In this document: in pieces, positions 8,942-16,100 of the stretch | Position numbering within the stretch: position 1 is the first letter of the stretch | How the letters are laid out: each line of letters starts with the position of its first letter | DNA from: Candidatus Eiseniibacteriota bacterium | GTDB lineage: Bacteria > Eisenbacteria > RBG-16-71-46 | Reading direction: 5' to 3' | Length of the DNA: 64,000 nucleotides | Assembly (NCBI GenBank): GCA_041483195.1 | Contig: JBGPFC010000011.1 | Location: 1-64,000, forward strand | Notes under the pieces: generated by a model | Told to the model about the DNA's origin: nothing | The model's database searches: none | Seen by the model: the letters and a program-made list of their open reading frames with translations, nothing else | Translations under genes and position numbers: made by a program

Positions 8942-10358
8942 AGCCGACCGTGTACGACTCGCTTCCGTGGCAGGTGGGTGCGCAACTGCCGCCGGTCGCG
9001 GTCTCGGTGTAGGTCACGATGCCGGGCGCGCGCCCGGTCGCGATGAGATGCTTCTGCGTCGGCGCGCCATGCGTGGCGTGGCAGGCGTAGCAAGGCACGT
9101 TCTCCTCGCCGACGTGCTCGGCGTGGCCCTTCACGGCGTTCGGCGAGCTGAAGCGCGAATATCCGCGCACCGATTCCGGCGACGACGGATTGGCGTAGAC
9201 GTCGAACGCGTGGCAGCTGAAGCAGACTTCGTCGGACGCCATCGGCCGGAAGGCCGGCGACGCCGTGTAGGGCCCGGTCAGGATGTAGCGATAGCTCGAG
9301 CCGTGCGGCCCGCGGGTCGTGCCGAGCTCGCTGCCGTGGCAGTCCCCGCAGCGCGTGAGCGATGACGCGCTCCAACCCGCCACGAACGCGAGCGGATGGA
9401 TGTTCCGGTTGTTCCCCGCGGCCTCGACCGGATGGGTCGAGAGATTGTTGGGATTGAGCGCGCGCGCGAGGTCGGTCTGCCCGGCCGGCTGCGTCGTCCA
9501 CGACGAATGGCACTTGAAGCAGAGCTGAAACTCCGCGACCGGAGGCGTGAGCGTGTCGGACGCCACGATGAACGTATAGGAAGGCGCGCTGCCGGCGACG
9601 CCGTTCAATACGCCGACCCGGCTTACTCCGAGCAGGCGCTTCGATGCGGCCGGAGCATCGGGCGCCGCGAGCCCATCGCCGCGCGCGACGTGCGGATTGT
9701 GACAGTCCTCGCACTCCGCGTGACGGCGATTGACCGGCGTAACGGCGAAATCCGCGGGCTGGCTCTCGGCCGGGCCGGTGTGGCGGCCGGCGATGTCCAT
9801 CACCGGATGACGAAACGCCTTGAGCAGATCTGCGCGCACGTTGCTCGCGGCGGGATGCCCGTCGTGGCACGTGAGGCACAGCGCCTCTTCGCGCGCGATC
9901 GCCAGGCGTGGGATCAGGCCGGACGCGTCCTCCCATCCGTGCGGGTCGTGACAGTTCACGCACTTCCCGGCGGCGTCCGGCTCGACGCGTGAGGGCGGGT
10001 AGGGGCCTGGCCAGATCATCGCGGCCTCGCTCCCATGCGCGGATCCGGCGTAGGTCCAGGTATCCGGGTAGCTGCCGCCGGACCATGGGGTGGTGTGGCA
10101 GTCGTCGCAAAGCGTGTTGTCGTCGGGGCCCACCAGCGCGTGCGGCTGGGGCGCGGGCTGCGCGTTCGCGTGCTGCGTGTGGCAGGTCTCGCAGTCACCC
10201 GCGTGGGCGCTCTCGGCGAGCAGGTGCGCGATGCGGTCCGTGCCGCGGAGGGGCGGCAGGGGCCGCGAGAAGGAGACGAGGGTCGCGGCCGCCAGCATCA
10301 GCGCCAGCACTCCGCGAGTATCGACCGCCCGATGCGCAGACTGGTCCACGCCGCCCAT
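8931..10358 (-). CDS. Multiheme cytochrome c (9 CxxCH + 1 CxxxCH); start uncertain (10358 ATG or 10310 GTG)
   Basis: CETCH, CDDCH, CVNCH, CLTCH, CEDCH, CFKCH, CGDCH, CFSCH, CYACH and C-terminal CAPTCH; hydrophobic N-terminal leader. Confidence 0.9.
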   Translation of the reverse strand: MGGVDQSAHRAVDTRGVLALMLAAATLVSFSRPLPPLRGTDRIAHLLAESAHAGDCETCHTQHANAQPAPQPHALVGPDDNTLCDDCHTTPWSGGSYPDTWTYAGSAHGSEAAMIWPGPYPPSRVEPDAAGKCVNCHDPHGWEDASGLIPRLAIAREEALCLTCHDGHPAASNVRADLLKAFRHPVMDIAGRHTGPAESQPADFAVTPVNRRHAECEDCHNPHVARGDGLAAPDAPAASKRLLGVSRVGVLNGVAGSAPSYTFIVASDTLTPPVAEFQLCFKCHSSWTTQPAGQTDLARALNPNNLSTHPVEAAGNNRNIHPLAFVAGWSASSLTRCGDCHGSELGTTRGPHGSSYRYILTGPYTASPAFRPMASDEVCFSCHAFDVYANPSSPESVRGYSRFSSPNAVKGHAEHVGEENVPCYACHATHGAPTQKHLIATGRAPGIVTYTETATGGSCAPTCHGSESYTVGYAR

Positions 10359-10485
10359 CCGTTCGCGCTGACGCACCGCGGTCTCCGTGCTACTCCATCG
10401 TGGATGGTGCGGGCACGGCGCCCGCACCACCCGGCCCGCCGCGCGCCGGGTCTGTATCGCACGCGGCGGGGTTGAGGTCGACCGA

Positions 10486-11523
10486 CTATGCCCCTTCGGT
10501 GTGGCACTGCCGGCAGAGGTCGCGATGCTGTCCGCCGTCACCATCCTCGGTGGCCGTTCCCGTGCCCTTCATGAAGATCAGCCCGAACGCGTTCTGGGTC
10601 CCATGTCCCCGGTGGCAGCTGAAGCACGACGGCGTGACGGTGTTGTCCGCCGTGGTGCCGTCCCACAGGCCCTGGGAGTCCATCACCTTGACCTTGTTCG
10701 TGTGGCTGTTGAACTGCGAGAGGCTCGAGATGTACGTCGCGGTCGAACCACTCGCCCCGATGTTGACGTCCGCGGTCGGATGCCGCTTCCACGGGTTGGC
10801 GTTGGTCGAGCCGGTGCCGCCGCTCGCGCCGCCCATGTTCGCAGCTCCACCCGAGCCGTGGAAGTCGACGTGGCACGTCGAGCACCATGCTCCGTATGCG
10901 CTCTTCGTGACGTCGGGCTCGTTGAAGTCCACGTCGGCGTCTTTGTAGTGCGCCGCCGAGCGTTCGAACACGTCCTTCGTCAGGTCGTTCGTGCCCACGA
11001 CGTACGTCAGATTCTTGCCGGCGAAGGCACTGCGATTGAGAAGATTCCGATACTGCGCCGCGATGCCGTGCTGCGCGTGGCAGCTCACGCACTCCAGACC
11101 GTCCGGAGCCGTGAAGGTGCCGCCCGGCGCGACGCCCGTCGAATACAGCGTGTGGCCGTCGATGCCGTCGTATCCGACGTCGTTCGTGAAGCCGTGTCCG
11201 GTTTCAGCGGTCAATCCGCCGGCCCGGCGGATGCCCGCCGTGCCGCCGTTCGCGCCCAGCACGTCCGGCGCCCACGACTGATTGTCGTGGCAGGCCAGAC
11301 ACAGGGCGTTGGGGTCATTGCGCAGCAGATCCGCGTACGGCCCGCTGGTGCCCAGCGGCGGAAACACCGTGCCGCCCACGCTGTAGCCGTGCGACTGGCT
11401 GTCGTGAGCGACGTGGCAGTCGCTGCAAACCAGCGACGCGCCCACGTGGAAGTCGCCTGCCATGGCTGATGTGGCGAGCCCGAACAGGGCGGCCACCGTC
11501 AGTAAACCGATCAGGCGTTTCAT
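10486..11523 (-). CDS. Hexaheme cytochrome c, OmcS (nanowire cytochrome)-like
   Basis: AGGAG RBS; Sec signal MKRLIGLL...AMA; six CxxCH with OmcS-type context: FH-x6-CSDCHxxH, LL..CLACH, GH..APGGT..LECVSCHxxHG..YRNL, WCSTCHxDFH..RHP, CFSCHRGH, RDLCRQCH near the C-terminus. Confidence 0.85.
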   Translation of the reverse strand: MKRLIGLLTVAALFGLATSAMAGDFHVGASLVCSDCHVAHDSQSHGYSVGGTVFPPLGTSGPYADLLRNDPNALCLACHDNQSWAPDVLGANGGTAGIRRAGGLTAETGHGFTNDVGYDGIDGHTLYSTGVAPGGTFTAPDGLECVSCHAQHGIAAQYRNLLNRSAFAGKNLTYVVGTNDLTKDVFERSAAHYKDADVDFNEPDVTKSAYGAWCSTCHVDFHGSGGAANMGGASGGTGSTNANPWKRHPTADVNIGASGSTATYISSLSQFNSHTNKVKVMDSQGLWDGTTADNTVTPSCFSCHRGHGTQNAFGLIFMKGTGTATEDGDGGQHRDLCRQCHTEGA

Positions 11524-11629
11524 GTATTCACTCCTGCTGAGATGGGTAAGGGTGCTGCACTCAGCTCGCGCGAGAACTACTGCTTGTCGTCACCACCTCC
11601 TCCTCGTGTGCCGCACCATCCGAGATCCT

Positions 11630-12613
11630 TCACCGGATCGTCAGCAGTTGAATTCGCCCGCTCACACGCTCGGCGACGGCGAGGCGGGCTTTCCCGTCGG
11701 TCGCGAGCGCGCATGGATAGAGAAATTCGCCGGGCGCCGATCCCACACGGCCCACCGCCCCCAGAAAGCGCCCGGCGAAATCGAAGACCTGCACCAGCTG
11801 CCGGATCTCATCGCTCACCCAGATGCGGCCGTCGTCGGTGACGGCAACGCTCGATGGGAACGAGAAATTCCCCTCGCCGATGTCGTGCACGCCGAATCCA
11901 CGGATGAACCGGCCATCGGATTCGAAGATCTGGACCGCGCGCTGGGTGTCGAGGCACAACACGACCACGTGGCCGTCCGGGGTCGCCGCGAGCCCGGTGA
12001 TGCGCGCGATCTGTCCGGAGTCGCGGCCCGGCACGCCCCACACCCGAACCAGCGCGAGCTCCGGCGTGAACATGAACACGCGACCGCTCGCCCCGCGCGA
12101 GCCGACGAGAATCGAGCCATCGCGTGCCACCGCGACCGCCGCCGGCCCGAGCGCTTCCTCCGGCTCTCCGGCGCTCCGCGGAATCGCGAGGCGGGCGATC
12201 GACCGTCCCCGGAAATCGACGATGTCGAGGTAGGGCGCGAGATTGTCCACCACCAGCGTTCGGCCGCGGCCATCCACCGAGAGCGCGACCGGCAGGCCGT
12301 CCACCCACGTGCCGTCGGGTTGCTGGACGCGGTGGATGTAGTGAGCGCGGGCGCGTCCATCGAGCCCGATCACGTCGACGCGGTGGGCGCCGGTATTCGC
12401 GATCAGGATCTCTCCATGGGCGGCGTCGATCGCGAGGCCTCCCGGAGCAGCGAACGCGATGCCGGGCTCGGGGCCAGGCACCACCAGGGCGCTATCGATC
12501 GCGGGCGGGATCGACGCCGTCGCGATCGAGACGCACGCGCAGACGGCGACGGCGACGGCGCCGAGAATTGCGTCCCGAGTGGCGCGGGGAGAATGCGTTC
12601 CAGGGTGGCTCAC
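11630..12613 (-). CDS. Exported NHL-repeat (6-bladed beta-propeller) protein
   Basis: Repeats FAAPGGLAID, LPVALSVDGRG, FSFPSSVAVTDDGRIWVSD, GEFLYPCALATDG; hydrophobic leader. Confidence 0.88.
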   Translation of the reverse strand: MSHPGTHSPRATRDAILGAVAVAVCACVSIATASIPPAIDSALVVPGPEPGIAFAAPGGLAIDAAHGEILIANTGAHRVDVIGLDGRARAHYIHRVQQPDGTWVDGLPVALSVDGRGRTLVVDNLAPYLDIVDFRGRSIARLAIPRSAGEPEEALGPAAVAVARDGSILVGSRGASGRVFMFTPELALVRVWGVPGRDSGQIARITGLAATPDGHVVVLCLDTQRAVQIFESDGRFIRGFGVHDIGEGNFSFPSSVAVTDDGRIWVSDEIRQLVQVFDFAGRFLGAVGRVGSAPGEFLYPCALATDGKARLAVAERVSGRIQLLTIR

Positions 12614-12680
12614 GGGTCTTGGTCCTGATGGCTGATCTACGTAGTTCTCGGTATCCTGGGCTCAGTGTTCGTACAGAAGG

Positions 12681-12695
12681 GCAATCGCGATGCCA
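12681..12695 (-). promoter_or_regulatory. Putative sigma54 (-24/-12) promoter for the cytochrome operon
   Basis: Minus strand TGGCATCGCGATTGC = GG-N10-GC with TGGCA and TTGC, ~70 nt upstream of the NHL gene start. Confidence 0.65.
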
Positions 12696-13084
12696 TCAGT
12701 AACACTACGTTCCGAGGCCCGGTGATCCGGGTTATCGGATTGCGCGGCAGTGCGTTCGGGGAGAGAGCCGAGGCCCTCGAGTGGGTCGGATCGGCCCGTC
12801 GTGAGGCACTCGCCTGCCACCGTGGCAGCGGTCTCTGACAGGCTGGCCGGATCCACGGACGCGACGCGATCACCGATGACGCGCGGCCACGAGCCGCGTA
12901 CGCCGCTCGCCTGTGTTTCGTGCGGAGCGCGCGGAGCGCGCGACACGCGCCGCGCGTCGCCGTACTCCTCTGGTTGCGCACCACGATGTCCCGACTTCGG
13001 TCGCTGCGCGCGCACGGATGGCTTCGAGTTCTTCGCGCACGCGCGTGGCACCGTGCGGGCTCGCCCGTGCGACCGCGACGCGGC

Positions 13085-13099
13085 GGGTACGGAAGTTGC
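13085..13099 (+). promoter_or_regulatory. Putative sigma54 (-24/-12) promoter for ccmF-TBDR
   Basis: Plus strand GGGTACGGAAGTTGC = GG-N10-GC with ACG and TTGC, ~100 nt upstream of the ccmF ATG. Confidence 0.45.
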
Positions 13100-13196
13100 C
13101 TGAAGCCGTGGTGCTCGACCTCGATGTCGCCGGCTCGCACGATCGACCGTGCGGCTCGACCCGATCGCGTTCGACGCGTGTGACCGGAGGCCCACC

Positions 13197-16100
13197 ATGA
13201 ATCCCGGGGATCTGCTGCTCAGGCTCGCGCTCGTGACCGCGGTGCTCTCCGGCGTGTTCTACTTCGGAAGCCTGCGCGGGCGGCGCTGGAGTGCCGACGC
13301 GTGGATCTTCAGGGTCCACGCGTTGCTCCTGGTGGCCGCGTTCGCGCTGCTGTGCGCGTACTTCATGGGGCACCACTTCGAGTACTCGTACGTCGCGCAA
13401 TTCAGCTCGCGGGCGCTGGCGCCCGCGCTCACGCTCGCGGCGGTATGGGCGGGGCAGGAAGGCAGCATCCTGTTGTGGGCGACGTTCGGGGCGTTGATCG
13501 GGCTCGCGTTGATGCGTCAGCCGGGCCGGCTCGCCCGCCCCGCGATGTTCTTCCTGAGCCTCGCGCAGATCGGCCTGCTCGTGCTGCTGCAGCTGCGCAG
13601 CCCGTTCGCGCTTTCGTCAGCGACTCCGGCCGATGGGCGAGGACTCAACCCGCTGCTCGAGGATCCGTGGATGGTGGTGCATCCCCCGGTGCTGTTCCTG
13701 GGTTATGCCGCGCTGGTGGTGCCCTTCGCGCTCGCCGCGGCCGCGCTCGTCGTGCGTGAGTACCGCGAATGGAATCGCATGACCTGGCCGTGGGCGCTGT
13801 TCGCGGTCGTCGTGCTGGGCGCTGGAATCGCGCTCGGCGGCGTGTGGGCGTACAAGGTGCTCGGGTGGGGCGGCTACTGGGGATGGGATCCGGTCGAGAA
13901 CGCTTCGCTGGTTCCGTGGCTGGTGTCGGTCGCGCTGCTGCACGGCCTCCTCATCCAGCGCACCACGGGATCCCTGATCCGCACCAACCTGCTGCTCGCG
14001 TGCGCGGGCTGGGTCACGGTGCTGGGCGGCACGTATCTCACGCGCAGCGGCGTGCTGCAGGACTTCTCGGTGCACTCCTTCGCCGACTCCGGCATCAACG
14101 GGCCATTGAAGACCATCCTCTTCGTGTTCCCCGCGATCGCGCTGGTGCTGCTCGCCGCGCGCTGGCGCACCGTTGACGCGGCGAACACCCGGATCGCGAG
14201 CGTCTCGCGCGAGTCGGCGCTGTGGCTCGGCATGATCACGGTGCTGGTGCTCGGCGCGCTGGTCACGATCGGGACCACCGCTCCGCTGCTCACAGCGCTC
14301 GCGGGAAAGCCGTCGGGATTGCAGGCGGAGTTCTACCAGCGCGTGAGCCTGCCGATCGGCATCGCGCTGGTCCTGCTGATGGGCCTCTCACCGGCGCTGC
14401 GCTGGTATCGCCAGAGCGAGCTGTCGTGGCTGGCGGGGCTGCTGCCGGGCATCGCCGCCGCGTTGCTCGTCACCGTGCCGGCATACATGCTCGGCGCGCA
14501 CGCTCCCGGCCTGCTCGCGCTGGTCGCCGCCGCGGGGCTCGCGCTCGGGGTCAACGCGGTCGTCGCCGTACGCGTGTTTCGCCGCGGGTGGATGTACGGC
14601 GCGGGATATCTCGGACACATCGGCATCGCCGTCATGGTGCTCGGCATGGCGCTTTCGAGCACGCTCGGCAAGAGCCAGAGGCTCGAGCTCGCACAGGGTC
14701 AACCGGCCCATGCGCTCGGCTACACGCTCACCTGGAAGGACGAGGCGAGCGACGGGCGCGGCGGCCGTCTGCTCCACATCGTGGTACAGGCGCCGAACTG
14801 GACGCTCGATGCGCATCCCGCGCTGCTCCCATCCCCGCAGAACGAGGGCGTGATCCGCAAGCCCGCGATCAGCGGCTGGCGCGAACTCTATCTCTCGCCG
14901 CTCGAATTGCGCGAGCGGACGATGGATTCCGGCGGGATGACGTGGTTCGAGAAGGGCCAGCCCCTCGATGCGGGCGGGGCGCGCTACACCTTCAAGGGCT
15001 TCCGCATGGAATCGGGTTCGGGATTCCGCGTGCACGCGGATCTCGAGGTCCAGAAGGATGGACGCGTGATGCAGGCCTCACCCGCCATCGCGTCGGACCC
15101 GGCCGGGAGTCGCGCGGTTCCCGCGGAGATTCCGGGGATCGGGCCGGTCACCATCGCGCGCATCGACGCGGACCGCGGGCGGGTCGCGCTCCTGCTTCCC
15201 GCGGCCCCGATCGCGGCGACCATGGCCGTGGTCGACCTCAGCACCAAACCGTTTATCAATCTCGTGTGGATCGGCGCATTGCTCGCGGTCTTCGGTACGG
15301 GACTCGCGGGGTTGCGCCGCGCCACCGAGAAAGCCACGTCGCGCGGAACGCGGACGGCGGCGGGCAGCGGCCCGCCGCGGCCACTCCGCGGTGCCTCGCG
15401 ACCCAATATGGAGGAAGTCGCCATGCTGCCAGGCTCTTCGACGGGACGCGCGCGCCGCGCGGGAGTGGGATGGTGGATGCTGGTGGGACTCGCGGCACTG
15501 ATGCCCGCGTGGGCGGGGGCGGCGGGACCTGCGGCGCCGGACACGACGCGGCCGGTGATGTTCCTGAAAGAAACGCTCGTCACCGGGGCACGGATGCCGC
15601 GGGTCTACTACGAGTCGCCGCAGGCGCTGTCGTTCGTGTCGCGCACCCAGTTGCGCGAGCAGGCGCCGGGGGCGCTGGGCGACGTGCTGGGGACGCTGCC
15701 GGGGGTGGACAACAGCAAGGACAGTCCGTGGGAGCAGCGGCCGGTGCTGCGGGGCCTGGCGGGGCAGCGGGTGCTGGTGCTGATGGACGGCACGCCGATG
15801 AACAGCGTGCGCGGCAACGGGCCGCACCCCTCGCTGGTGGACCCGGCGCAGGTGGAGCGGATCGAGGTGGTGCGCGGTCCCTCGTCGGTGGCGTACGGAT
15901 CGGATGCCCTGGGCGGGGTGATCAACATCATCACGCGCGAGGCGCTGCCGGGAGCGGGTCGCAGCCTGAGCGGGTCGGCGACGCTGGGGGGCAGCACGGT
16001 GGACCAGCAGCGCACCGGCTACCTGGAGCTGATCCCGCGGATCGGGAAGTTCTCGGCGTTTCTCTCGAGCGGGGCCCGCAAGGCGGAGAACTTCGAGGCG

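Noticed and set aside
11524..11629. Cyclic dinucleotide (GEMM) riboswitch upstream of the OmcS-like gene, as in Geobacter
   Set aside because: No GEMM-like core motifs found by eye here or in 12614..13196; an Infernal/Rfam scan would be decisive.
13046..13060. Alternative sigma54 site TGGCACCGTGCGGGC
   Set aside because: Good -24 element, but the -12 element lacks the TT of TTGC; weaker than 13085..13099.
12637..13200. Several short ORFs in the divergent spacer
   Set aside because: Arg/Ala/Pro-rich, no RBS or motifs, mutually overlapping; the region is better explained as regulatory.
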